A stretch of 64,000 bases of DNA, taken from contig CALRBR010000003.1 of assembly GCA_943354385.1 (NCBI GenBank), positions 1,926 through 65,925 of the forward strand, read 5' to 3'. Made by a program: the position numbers and the translations under genes. Below are positions 9,906 through 19,702 of this stretch, in pieces. This DNA is from Candidatus Tayloriibacteriota bacterium (GTDB taxonomy: Bacteria; Patescibacteriota; Minisyncoccia; Phycocordibacterales; PALSA-1337). The notes below the pieces were generated by a model. The model was not told where the DNA came from, ran no database searches, and saw nothing but the letters and a program-made list of their open reading frames with translations. Each line of letters starts with the position of its first letter. The first letter of the stretch is position 1.

Positions 9906-10895
9906 ATGGCGAAAAAGAAACTCTCACAAAAGAATCCGGTAGTCATCTACCAAGCAAAATCTGGGGCTATCGAGCTTCGGGGCGATTTTGGCAAGGAGAC
10001 GATTTGGGCGACCCTTGATCAGATTGCTGAAGTTTTTGGGCGTGATAAATCTGTCATTTCTCGTCACTTTAAAAATATCTATGCTGAGGGGGAGCTGGAT
10101 GAAAAGGCAACTGTTGCAAAAAATGCAACAGTTCAAAAAGAGGGTACTCGTACAGTTGAGCGTATTATTGAATACTATAATCTCGACGCGATTATTTCTG
10201 TCGGGTATCGAGTTAATTCGAGTACCGCTACGAAATTTCGTCAGTGGGCCACCAAGACCCTCCGGAGTTACATCATCGACGGCTTTGCCATCAATCGCTC
10301 ACGTATCGCCAAAAATCACGAGCACTTTCTAAGTGTCGTTGAGGATCTCAAGAAATTATTACCGACCACTTCGGCGATTGATCCAAAAGATGCTATCGAG
10401 CTCATCTCATTGTTTGCCGACACCTGGCTGTCTCTCGATGCCTACGATCGAGAGCTGTTGCCAAAAGGGAAGCTTACTAAAAAGAAAGTCTCCATCACCC
10501 CAGAACAGATTGCAAAAGACTTGGCGACACTCCGGAAGACTCTGATCGAAAAAGGTGAGGCGACCGATGTGTTTGGTAATGAACGAAGCGCAGGGTCTGT
10601 GTCCGGAATCGTGGGAAATGTTCTCCAGGCGTTTGGAGGTAGCGATGTCTACCCAACGATTGAAGAAAAAGCGGCACACCTCTTGTATTTTATGGTTAAA
10701 AATCATCCGTTTACCGACGGCAACAAACGCTCGGGTGCTTTTGCATTTGTCTGGCTCTTAAAACAGGCACGGATTCTCGATATCCGTCGCCTGACCCCTT
10801 CGGCACTTACCGCGCTCACCGTATTGGTGGCAGAAAGTGATCCAAGTCACAAAGATAAGACGGTAAAATTGATTCTTAACATGATTGCAAAGTGA
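9906..10895 (+). CDS. RhuM/Fic-Doc family protein
   Basis: N-terminal RhuM-like YNLDAIISVGYRVNS..ATKFRQWA; C-terminal Fic motif HPFTDGNKRSG. Confidence 0.92.
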   Translation: MAKKKLSQKNPVVIYQAKSGAIELRGDFGKETIWATLDQIAEVFGRDKSVISRHFKNIYAEGELDEKATVAKNATVQKEGTRTVERIIEYYNLDAIISVGYRVNSSTATKFRQWATKTLRSYIIDGFAINRSRIAKNHEHFLSVVEDLKKLLPTTSAIDPKDAIELISLFADTWLSLDAYDRELLPKGKLTKKKVSITPEQIAKDLATLRKTLIEKGEATDVFGNERSAGSVSGIVGNVLQAFGGSDVYPTIEEKAAHLLYFMVKNHPFTDGNKRSGAFAFVWLLKQARILDIRRLTPSALTALTVLVAESDPSHKDKTVKLILNMIAK

Positions 10896-10937
10896 TAATG
10901 CTTTGAGGGGCTACCATACAGGACCCAAACCCCCTTC

Positions 10938-10976
10938 AACGGCTCAGTCCTTTTGGCTACAAAGGACTGAGCCGTT
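10938..10976. repeat. REP-like palindrome, AACGGCT family (copy 2)
   Basis: AACGGCTCAGTCCTTT-N7-AAAGGACTGAGCCGTT. Confidence 0.8.
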
Positions 10977-11125
10977 AAACCCATACAGCCCTTGTTTTGC
11001 AACGTTTTTCGCCCAGAGGTTATCCAATCGACAAAGAAAATGGTAGACTAAATCTGACTCTTTCGACTTTGGAAAAGATAGCTAGATTGCTCATAATTTA
11101 GAACAGTGAGTCGATGTGAAAAAAT

Positions 11126-11473
11126 ATGAAAGATATAAAAGATTTAACAAAAAGAATAATTGCTTTCCGCGATGCACGGGACTGGAAACAATTTCATAAT
11201 CCAAAAGATGTTGCTTTGTCTTTAGTACTAGAGGCTACTGAGGTGATGGAACATTTTCAATGGAAGAGTAAAGAAGAGATGGAAAAGTATATCGTGACCA
11301 ATAAAGTTGACATAGGTGAAGAACTTGCAGATGTTTTGTATTGGGTACTTTTGATGAGTACAGATCTTAAAATTGATGTTCTCGATGCGCTCGAGAAGAA
11401 GATTTCAAAAAACGAAGAAAAATATCCGGTCGAAAAAGCGAAGGGTAGGCATACAAAATATAATAAACTATAA
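11126..11473 (+). CDS. MazG-like nucleotide pyrophosphohydrolase
   Basis: FRDARDWKQFHNPKD, EATEVMEHFQW, EELADV, KNEEKYP. Confidence 0.93.
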   Translation: MKDIKDLTKRIIAFRDARDWKQFHNPKDVALSLVLEATEVMEHFQWKSKEEMEKYIVTNKVDIGEELADVLYWVLLMSTDLKIDVLDALEKKISKNEEKYPVEKAKGRHTKYNKL

Positions 11474-11474
11474 A

Positions 11475-13499
11475 ATGTCAGACATAGCCACCTTTTCATT
11501 TAATGCAACTGGGGTAGAAAAAATACGTAATTATAAATATGGCAGTGATTGGCCGGTTGTTTACTTGATAGAAAATGGGAAAGAACTATATGTTGGAGAA
11601 ACAATCAGAGCGTATGGTAGAACAAAACAGCATTTAGAAAACGAAGCCAGAAAACATTTAAAGATGATTCATGTTATTTCTGACGACGAATTTAATAAAT
11701 CCGCAACTCTGGATACAGAATCTTCACTAATTGAGTATTTGGTCGCAGACGGTAAATATATTCTTCAGAATGGAAATGGAGGTTTACAAAACCATGATTA
11801 TTTTGACCGTGAAAGATACAGGGGTAAATTTGAGTTATTGTGGAAGAAATTGCAGGATTTAAATATTGCCAGTAAAGATTTACTACAGATTCGTAATAGT
11901 GATATTTTTAAATACTCACCGTACAAAACCCTCACGGATGATCAGTATTTAATTGCCTCAAAACTTCTAGAACAGTTTAAGGAGAATAAAATACAGACCT
12001 ATATTATTCATGGAGGTCCTGGTACTGGAAAAACAATTCTTGCCACATTTCTTATTAAGCAATTGATTGAAGCAGGTAAAAAGGATGTTGCTCTTGTTAT
12101 AGCAATGGTCTCTTTGCGAAAGACTTTAAAAAAAGTATTCAGAGATATTCCAGGTTTAAGTCCAAATATGGTGATTGGACCTAATGAGGTTGTAAACCAG
12201 AAATATGACATATTGATTGTTGATGAAACACATCGTTTACACCAGAGAAGAAATATTCCAAATTATGGAACTTTTGACAAAACCAATAGGGCTTTAGGTT
12301 TAGGAAATGAAGGCACAGAACTTGATTGGGTACTTAAATCCGCGAATCAAGTAGTACTTTTTTATGATGAAAAACAATCCGTTAGACCTTCAGATATATC
12401 AATTAACAAAGTTTTAGAATCAAAACCAATCAGTTTTGAACTTAAAACACAGATGCGAGTGAAAGGAGGGGAAAAGTATCTTGAATTTATAGATAAACTT
12501 CTTGAGAATGATGGAAATATTAAGGCTAATTTTTCAGATTATGATTTTAAGATTTGCGATGATCTTGCGGAGATGGTTTCGGATATAAAGAAACAAGATA
12601 AAATTCATTCTTTGTCTCGTTTGGTTGCTGGATATGCTTGGAAATGGATATCCAGAACAAATAATGGAATGCCAGATATTGTAATAGGGGATGTTAAGTT
12701 ATTTTGGAATAGCAAGATTCATGATTGGGTAAATTCCTCAAATGCTATAAATGAAGTGGGCTGTATACATACCATTCAAGGATACGATTTAAACTACGCG
12801 GGAGTAATTATAGGACCTGAAATGCTGTATGATCCAATCACAAAAAAGATTATTGTTGATAAGTCAAAATATCTAGATTCGAATGGTCACAATGGGGTGA
12901 ACGATCCAGAGGAACTTAAGAGGTATATAGTTAATATTTATAAAACACTACTTACACGGGGGATACTTGGAACATATATTTATATTGTTGATGAAAACCT
13001 GAGAAACTATTTCAAGGAAAAATTTGGACAAGAAACTAGTAAAAAAATGGATTTTAAAGAAAATTATAATGAAAGGAAAATAGTTTCTCCTTTCACAATG
13101 GAAATGATCAGAGTTCCTTTGGTTGGCTCTGCGCCGTGTGGAAATCCGCTTCTTGGCGAAGAAAACATTGAGGAATATATTGAAGTAGAAAAAAGCAAAA
13201 TTAAACCTGGCTATAACTATTTTATTCTTCGAGCTACTGGAGACTCGATGAACCTTGTTGGAATAAATGACGGGGATCTGGTGCTCTGTCGCCAGCAATT
13301 AAAGGCTGATACCGGCAACAGGGTTGTTGCTTTATTGGGTGATAATGTAACGATAAAAGAGTACGGTCCCCGCGAGGATGGAGTGCGTCTTCTTTTGCCC
13401 AAGAGCTCAAATAAGGATCATATGCCCATAACCCCAGGCGAAGGAGATAGTGTGCAAGGTATTGTACAGGAGGTGCTTAAAGGAGTAGACGAAGAATAA
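11475..13499 (+). CDS. GIY-YIG nuclease / DUF2075 (Schlafen group-3-like) helicase / S24 LexA-like peptidase fusion
   Basis: WPVVY..LYVGET, GGPGTGKT, IVDETH, VGCIHTIQGYDL, LLTRG; C-terminal VGSAPCG, GDSM, VTIK; start moved to ATG 11475. Confidence 0.88.
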   Translation: MSDIATFSFNATGVEKIRNYKYGSDWPVVYLIENGKELYVGETIRAYGRTKQHLENEARKHLKMIHVISDDEFNKSATLDTESSLIEYLVADGKYILQNGNGGLQNHDYFDRERYRGKFELLWKKLQDLNIASKDLLQIRNSDIFKYSPYKTLTDDQYLIASKLLEQFKENKIQTYIIHGGPGTGKTILATFLIKQLIEAGKKDVALVIAMVSLRKTLKKVFRDIPGLSPNMVIGPNEVVNQKYDILIVDETHRLHQRRNIPNYGTFDKTNRALGLGNEGTELDWVLKSANQVVLFYDEKQSVRPSDISINKVLESKPISFELKTQMRVKGGEKYLEFIDKLLENDGNIKANFSDYDFKICDDLAEMVSDIKKQDKIHSLSRLVAGYAWKWISRTNNGMPDIVIGDVKLFWNSKIHDWVNSSNAINEVGCIHTIQGYDLNYAGVIIGPEMLYDPITKKIIVDKSKYLDSNGHNGVNDPEELKRYIVNIYKTLLTRGILGTYIYIVDENLRNYFKEKFGQETSKKMDFKENYNERKIVSPFTMEMIRVPLVGSAPCGNPLLGEENIEEYIEVEKSKIKPGYNYFILRATGDSMNLVGINDGDLVLCRQQLKADTGNRVVALLGDNVTIKEYGPREDGVRLLLPKSSNKDHMPITPGEGDSVQGIVQEVLKGVDEE

Positions 13500-13502
13500 T
13501 TT

Positions 13503-14015
13503 ATGAGTGATAATCAATTTTCAAAATTAAACGACGAGGAACTGTGGCTTCAATATGCCGATACCGAACTAGAATTAAAAAATAGAGGTTTGGTGCGTAC
13601 TAGAAATATCGTTGGTGAGCGTGGAGAATTTCTTGCGATTGCAACCTACAATTCAATTGCGGGTATGCCAAATCTTCAAGCTGCACCAGAGGGAACACAA
13701 AATGTTGATGCCATAAGTCGAAAAGGAGAAAGATATAGTATAAAAACAATTTCTGAACCGGGTTCAACAACAGGAGTTTTTTATAATTGCGGTGAAAAAG
13801 ATGATAAAAATATACCTGAAAGAAAGTTTGAGTATGTAATTATTGTTCAACTTTTTAAAAATTATAGACCAAAAAGGATTATTGAATTAAATTGGGAAAT
13901 ATTCTTAAGGTATAAAAAATGGCACTCAACGATGCGTGCATGGAATTTGAGCGTGACTAGAGCCTTATTAGCAGATAGTAAACTTATTTATGAAAATATA
14001 GAGAGCATACCTTAA
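13503..14015 (+). CDS. Putative small PD-(D/E)xK-like nuclease
   Basis: NIVGERGE..NVDA..RYSIKT pattern resembles a restriction-endonuclease fold; 3 bp after the previous gene. Confidence 0.55.
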   Translation: MSDNQFSKLNDEELWLQYADTELELKNRGLVRTRNIVGERGEFLAIATYNSIAGMPNLQAAPEGTQNVDAISRKGERYSIKTISEPGSTTGVFYNCGEKDDKNIPERKFEYVIIVQLFKNYRPKRIIELNWEIFLRYKKWHSTMRAWNLSVTRALLADSKLIYENIESIP

Positions 14016-14137
14016 TTGCCAAATGTTGTGTAAGAATTGATTAGCAAGAACCGTTCTTGCTAAGTTGAGTCGGTGGGTTTAGTACAGCGTGACTAAAACC
14101 AGTGTTGTGTGATTCCAAAAATGCTATACTTACTCCC

Positions 14138-14440
14138 ATGAACACCACCGCGATTATTCTTTTTGCTGTCGTTATTCTCGGACTTTTGGGTTGGGGCTAT
14201 CGCAATCGGGGGAATATACATTGGTCTCCTGACGAGCGGGGTAAAAATAAAGCGGAACACAAGAAAACAATCATGACCTTGTTCTCGACTGATGGAGCCC
14301 GAATCACCAATGACGATGTACAGAAGCTGGTAAATGTATCAGACGCCACTGCCACCCGCTATCTAGACGAGCTCGAACAAGAAAAACAGATCACGCAGGT
14401 AGGTAGGGAAGGCAAATACGTGTATTACGAAAAAAGGTAA
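14138..14440 (+). CDS. Membrane-anchored winged-HTH protein (DeoR/DUF977-like)
   Basis: N-terminal TM helix, ITNDDVQKLVNVSDATATRYLDELE. Confidence 0.8.
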   Translation: MNTTAIILFAVVILGLLGWGYRNRGNIHWSPDERGKNKAEHKKTIMTLFSTDGARITNDDVQKLVNVSDATATRYLDELEQEKQITQVGREGKYVYYEKR

Positions 14441-14470
14441 AAATACCCCCCAACCAAGGCCTTGTTTACT

Positions 14471-14513
14471 TCAACGGCTCAGTGGTCTGAATACAGTACC
14501 ACTGAGCCGTTGA
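14471..14513. repeat. REP-like palindrome, AACGGCT family (copy 3)
   Basis: TCAACGGCTCAGTGGT...ACCACTGAGCCGTTGA. Confidence 0.8.
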
Positions 14514-14559
14514 GGCAGTAAGTAGTGCTCTCTATTTATTTTCTGATATAATATACTGC

Positions 14560-15267
14560 ATGACTAAAATATATATTTCAGCTACTTTGGTAGCTTTGGT
14601 GCTTGTGGGTGTAGGGTGGTTTGTATTAGAAAAAGGTAATAAGGCTGAACGGTCTGGTACGAGTGCTAGTGCAAATACCCTGACCACAGCCAAAACCACA
14701 AATACTCCAGAGGCAAGCACAAATAAACCGACTCCAGAAACAGTAAGCGAAACGAAACCAAGTAACACAACCACTAACTCCGTCAAAAAAATCATGAATG
14801 CTACATTTAAAACAAATAAAGGGGATATCACGATCGAATTTAATGAAAAAGGGACACCAAATACTGTCGCCAATTTCATCAAACTTGCTCAAGCAAAATT
14901 TTATGATGGCGTGAAATTCCATCGAGTGATCAAAGGCTTTATGATCCAAGGTGGAGACCCGCTGAGCAAGGATGATTCGCAGGCAGCACGATGGGGGACT
15001 GGCGGTCCAGGCTATACTTTTGCCGATGAGATCAATCCTGAAAATAAAAATGATGCAGGTACTATTTCCATGGCCAATGCTGGTGCAAATACAAACGGTA
15101 GTCAATTTTTTATTAACGTAAATAACAATAATTTTCTTGACCCAAAGCACACCGTATTTGGTCGTGTAGTAAAAGGCCTCGAGGTGGTAAAGGCTATTGA
15201 AAATACTCCCACATCATCTGAACGGCCGATTGATCCGGTGATTATCGAGAGTATTGTGCTTCAGTAG
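14560..15267 (+). CDS. Cyclophilin-type peptidyl-prolyl isomerase, membrane-anchored
   Basis: FYDGVKFHRVIKGFMIQGGDP, SMANAG, GSQFFI, HTVFGRV. Confidence 0.95.
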   Translation: MTKIYISATLVALVLVGVGWFVLEKGNKAERSGTSASANTLTTAKTTNTPEASTNKPTPETVSETKPSNTTTNSVKKIMNATFKTNKGDITIEFNEKGTPNTVANFIKLAQAKFYDGVKFHRVIKGFMIQGGDPLSKDDSQAARWGTGGPGYTFADEINPENKNDAGTISMANAGANTNGSQFFINVNNNNFLDPKHTVFGRVVKGLEVVKAIENTPTSSERPIDPVIIESIVLQ

Positions 15268-15280
15268 TATAGGCAAAACA

Positions 15281-16594
15281 ATGGTAAAAGCCCTCCTCAA
15301 AAAAATCATCCCGAAACAGCTCTTTTCAGCCTACTATTATGGTCTCGCGATAGGCTCTGCGATGTATTATGGAAAGCCGTCGGAAAAAATGATAGTGATC
15401 GGTGTCACAGGTACTAAGGGTAAGACATCTACCTGCAATTTTATTTGGGCTGGACTGAGTGAAAAATATAAAGTGGGTATGATCACTAGCGCCAATATTC
15501 GTATCGGCGATGATGAGGAGCTCAATGCCTACCACATGACTATGCCTGGTCGCGCGACTATTCAGCGACTAATGAAAAAAATGATGGATGCTGGTTGTCA
15601 GTATTGTGTGATAGAAACCACCTCTGAGGGCATTAAACAATTCCGGCACAAAGGTATTGCGTACGACACTCTAGTCTTTACCAACCTCACTCCTGAGCAT
15701 CTCCCTTCACATGGCGGAAGTTTTGAAAATTATAAACAAGCTAAAGGTACTATTTTTAAGGAGCTGTCACAGAGACCGAAAAAAGTGATCGATGGAAAGG
15801 AAATTCCGACGACGGTTATAGTAAATGCCGACAGCGAACACAAAGACTATTTCCTAAGTTTCCCTGCGGACAGTAAATTGACATATAGTATCGTCAATCC
15901 ATCTGACTTTCAGGTCAAAGGCTCTATACACACCCCTCTTGGCCCCCAATTTACCCTAGGAGACGCGAGCTATCATCTCTCGATACTTGGCACATTTAAT
16001 ATATATAATGCCTTGCCGGCGATTATAATCGCAGAGAAAGCGGGAATTATCCCCGCCGATATTCAGGCGGGGCTAGAAAGGCTGACCCTTATTCCTGGTA
16101 GAATGGAGCAGATTAAAGAAGGACAAAACTTTTCAGTGATTGTCGACTATGCGCACGAAAAAGAAAGTATGGGGGCGCTTCTCGCTACGGCAAAGTCGAT
16201 GCGACCGGCAGGCAAAAAGATTATCGTAGTACTCGGTGCTGAAGGTGGTGGACGAGATAAAGCAAAGAGGCCAGCCATGGGACAGATCGTAGGCAAAGAA
16301 GCTGACTATGTAGTAGTCAGTGATGTAGATCCATACGAGGATGATCCAAAGCAAATCGCTGAGGATATTGCCGTAGTGGCAGAAAAAATGGGTAAGGTTC
16401 GTGAGCAAAATTTATTCACTATTTTGGATAGAAAAGAGGGGATTGCAAAAGCACTTTCTCTAGCAAAAACGGGAGATATTGTACTCATCACTGGCAAGGG
16501 TGCTGAGCAGTCGATGTATACCAATTCAGGCAAGATAGCTTGGGATGATCGGACGGTTGTGAAAGAGTTGTTAAGAAATAAAATACAAAACTAA
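15281..16594 (+). CDS. murE: UDP-MurNAc-tripeptide synthetase (MurE-type Mur ligase)
   Basis: GVTGTKGKTST, FTNLTPEHL, PGRME, VDYAH, ITGKG. Confidence 0.88.
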   Translation: MVKALLKKIIPKQLFSAYYYGLAIGSAMYYGKPSEKMIVIGVTGTKGKTSTCNFIWAGLSEKYKVGMITSANIRIGDDEELNAYHMTMPGRATIQRLMKKMMDAGCQYCVIETTSEGIKQFRHKGIAYDTLVFTNLTPEHLPSHGGSFENYKQAKGTIFKELSQRPKKVIDGKEIPTTVIVNADSEHKDYFLSFPADSKLTYSIVNPSDFQVKGSIHTPLGPQFTLGDASYHLSILGTFNIYNALPAIIIAEKAGIIPADIQAGLERLTLIPGRMEQIKEGQNFSVIVDYAHEKESMGALLATAKSMRPAGKKIIVVLGAEGGGRDKAKRPAMGQIVGKEADYVVVSDVDPYEDDPKQIAEDIAVVAEKMGKVREQNLFTILDRKEGIAKALSLAKTGDIVLITGKGAEQSMYTNSGKIAWDDRTVVKELLRNKIQN

Positions 16595-16620
16595 AACCGC
16601 CCTTGAGGCGGTTTTAGTTT
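16588..16620. terminator. Bidirectional terminator
   Basis: AAACTAAAACCGCC/GGCGGTTTTAGTTT between convergent genes. Confidence 0.8.
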
Positions 16621-16651
16621 GAACATTCAGAACATTAATACTACCGTATAT

Positions 16652-17029
16652 CTACGCCATTGGTGCAACCTCTTTCTTCCCTGCCGCCACACCGAGCCAG
16701 AGAATGACTACTCCGAGCACTACATGGAGCCAGTTGTCTGCCATATTTACTTCAATCAATCCGAGGAGGGGACCGGTTACTGCAAATCCAAGTACTGCAA
16801 CAAGTAGGTATACTACGCCAATTACCTTGAGAGCGAGTGCAGCTTTGTCTACTGCAAACCATGCAACTGCGAGGAGTACGAGACCAATGACGAGATGTAC
16901 TACATCATGAGCTGTATTTGTATGGAACAATGCTCCTTCACCAGCACCGATAATAGGAGTACCTATCATACCGAGCACAGCTACTAAAACAAACACGATA
17001 CCAAACACTAAGCTTATTGTTTTTGCCAT
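16652..17029 (-). CDS. DUF4383-like small membrane protein
   Basis: Four TM segments with HDVVHL and DNWLHV motifs. Confidence 0.8.
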   Translation of the reverse strand: MAKTISLVFGIVFVLVAVLGMIGTPIIGAGEGALFHTNTAHDVVHLVIGLVLLAVAWFAVDKAALALKVIGVVYLLVAVLGFAVTGPLLGLIEVNMADNWLHVVLGVVILWLGVAAGKKEVAPMA

Positions 17030-17180
17030 ATATTTTATGTATTAATAATGATGAATAATGTTAAAAATTCTTCTATCTTGAATAACGACCTTTCTTAATA
17101 ATTAATTATATACCTCGTTTGCGGTAAAAAACATACCCCCTGTGGATAAACCAATCGACTATCTGCTATAGTATAGGTTA

Positions 17181-18602
17181 ATGGAACAAGGCACGATTAC
17201 TACTCCGGAGCAGATTTCTCCGACTATTTTTATCATCTGTGGCGTGACGGGAGACCTCGCTCAGAGGAAGCTTTTACCTGCTTTATTGAGTTTGTATACA
17301 AAGAAGCTACTACCGAAAAAGTTTAAAATTGTTGGATTTTCAAGGCGCGAATTTACTGATGCTGACTTCAGGCTATTTCTTAAAGAAGAAATGCATATCA
17401 AACGAGATGTGTATCGTCCAGAGGATATTCATCATTTCTTAAATAATGTAGTTTATCAGCAAGGACAATTTGATTCTCAGGTAGCTTACGAGAACCTATC
17501 AAAAAGACTAGCTCAAATAGACGATTTAGAATTTAAGCAATGTTCAAATAAACTTTTCCATTTGTCTGTGGCACCTTCTTTTTATGAGACTATTCTGGGA
17601 CAACTTTCAAAATCCGGTCTCACCATACCTTGTGGAGGGAATCTCGGCTGGACACGTATTCTAGTGGAAAAACCATTTGGTAATGACATTGAAACTGCCC
17701 AAAAGCTAGATGCTTTGCTCGGAACTTTATTTAAGGAAGAACAGATCTTCCGAATAGATCATTATTTTGCAAAAGAGGCCCTTCAAAATATCCTAGCATT
17801 TCGTTTTTCTAACTCTCTGTTTGAGCCATTGTGGAATAATCAGCATATTGAATGTGTCCACATTCAACTTTTGGAAAAAATAGGTATTGAGGGACGGGGA
17901 AATTTTTACGATAGTATTGGTGCACTCAAGGATGTTGGACAAAGTCATATTCTTGCTATGCTGGCACAACTTGTTATGAATGAACCTGCTTCTTTTGATG
18001 CGCACAATATCCGTAAAGAACGGGCTAATGTGTTAAAAAATATTAGACCAATTACTTCTAGAAATATCCGTGAGTCGGCAGTACGAGCACAGTATGTTGG
18101 ATATACAGAAGAACCAGGAGTATCTAAGTCTTCTAATACCGAAACCTATTTTCAAATTCAGACTTATATTGATTCCAAGGTTTGGAAGGGTGTAACCTTT
18201 TATCTTGAAAGTGGGAAAGCTCTATCGGAAAATAAAACTGAAATTTCCATATATTTTAAGGACAAAACAAAGCAAAATAAACCCAATATTTTATCTCTGA
18301 GAATACAACCCGATGAAGCTATTAAAATACGTTTTTGGGTAAAAAAGCCTGGATTCGGTATGCAAACTGAACCCAAAACTCTTGATTTTCATTATCGCGA
18401 TTTTCATGCTCCACAGTCAATTCCTGATGCATATGAAAGAGTTTTGTACGATGCCATTTTAGGTGACCAAACACTTTTCACTAGTACCGACGAAATAAAA
18501 TATGCTTGGAAGTTTATAACTCCCATTATTGATTCCTGGAAGACATTACCTCTGGAAAGATATCAAAAGGGAAGCAAGAGACCTAACTTGAATACACTAT
18601 GA
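17181..18602 (+). CDS. zwf: Glucose-6-phosphate 1-dehydrogenase
   Basis: GVTGDLAQRKLLPAL, VEKPFG, FRIDHY, AYERVL. Confidence 0.95.
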   Translation: MEQGTITTPEQISPTIFIICGVTGDLAQRKLLPALLSLYTKKLLPKKFKIVGFSRREFTDADFRLFLKEEMHIKRDVYRPEDIHHFLNNVVYQQGQFDSQVAYENLSKRLAQIDDLEFKQCSNKLFHLSVAPSFYETILGQLSKSGLTIPCGGNLGWTRILVEKPFGNDIETAQKLDALLGTLFKEEQIFRIDHYFAKEALQNILAFRFSNSLFEPLWNNQHIECVHIQLLEKIGIEGRGNFYDSIGALKDVGQSHILAMLAQLVMNEPASFDAHNIRKERANVLKNIRPITSRNIRESAVRAQYVGYTEEPGVSKSSNTETYFQIQTYIDSKVWKGVTFYLESGKALSENKTEISIYFKDKTKQNKPNILSLRIQPDEAIKIRFWVKKPGFGMQTEPKTLDFHYRDFHAPQSIPDAYERVLYDAILGDQTLFTSTDEIKYAWKFITPIIDSWKTLPLERYQKGSKRPNLNTL

Positions 18603-19693
18603 TGAAAAAATTAAAACTTGATGGGGTATTTTTAATTAGTATTATAGTACTTGCGATTACTGGTTTTTTTATTTTTACATCGGCCTCACTTGGATTACTT
18701 GCCAGGAATGGTCCTCAGTTTAACTCTATTGCCTCCACACAAGCTATTGGATTGATCCTTGGATTTATCTGTATGGCAGTAACTGCGCATGTAAACTATC
18801 GTGAGTGGAGAAAGTATGCTTTTTATATATTTCTAGCAACAATTTTTATAAACCTACTAATTTTTATCCCTGGACTAGGAATTGAGCATGGCGGGGCAAA
18901 AAGATGGTTAGATATTGGACCAATTTCGTTTCAGCCATCCGAGTTACTGAAAATAGGATTCATTATTTATTTTGCAGCCTGGCTATCTGGTATAAAGGAA
19001 AAAATTTCTCAATTTAGATATGGACTTTTACCACTTTTAATAATTGTTGCAATTCTTGGACCAATCCTATACCTACAGACAGACACAAAGACGATTGTCA
19101 TTGTCTTTATTTCAGGTATAGCAATGCTCTTGGTTGGCGGTGCAAAATGGAAGGATATCATTATTCTCGGCCTCGTATCTCTAGTCGCACTTAGTGCCGT
19201 GGCTTATAGTCGTCCATATATACGAGACCGATTAGAGACTTTTATTAATCCAGCTCTAAATCCACAAGGTTCGGGTTATCAAATACAGCAGTCACTCATC
19301 GCTATTGGTTCGGGGCAAATGTTCGGTAGAGGTTTTGGACAAAGTGTACAGAAATTCAATTTTCTGCCTGAGCCTGTCGGGGACTCTATTTTTGCGGTGC
19401 AAGCGGAGGAGTTTGGTTTTGTGGGTAGTCTTTCATTAGTAGGTTTATTTTTATTCTTTGCTTTTAGAGCTCTAAAGATTGCGTCAAGATCTGCCGATCA
19501 ATTTGGTGGACTATTGGTGGTTGGAATTGTTATACTGGTGATATCCGAGTCGTTTATGAACATTGCATCGATGCTCGGCGTAATACCTCTTTCCGGAATG
19601 CCCCTACTTTTTGTGAGTCATGGTGGTACGGCACTACTTCTTGTCCTTGCTGAAGTTGGTATTATTCTCAATGTTTCAAAATATCAAAAATAA
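18599..19693 (+). CDS. ftsW: SEDS peptidoglycan polymerase FtsW
   Basis: GAKRW, FQPSELLK, GYQIQQSLIAIGSG, directly upstream of murG. Confidence 0.9.
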   Translation: MMKKLKLDGVFLISIIVLAITGFFIFTSASLGLLARNGPQFNSIASTQAIGLILGFICMAVTAHVNYREWRKYAFYIFLATIFINLLIFIPGLGIEHGGAKRWLDIGPISFQPSELLKIGFIIYFAAWLSGIKEKISQFRYGLLPLLIIVAILGPILYLQTDTKTIVIVFISGIAMLLVGGAKWKDIIILGLVSLVALSAVAYSRPYIRDRLETFINPALNPQGSGYQIQQSLIAIGSGQMFGRGFGQSVQKFNFLPEPVGDSIFAVQAEEFGFVGSLSLVGLFLFFAFRALKIASRSADQFGGLLVVGIVILVISESFMNIASMLGVIPLSGMPLLFVSHGGTALLLVLAEVGIILNVSKYQK

Positions 19694-19702
19694 TTATCTG
19701 CT

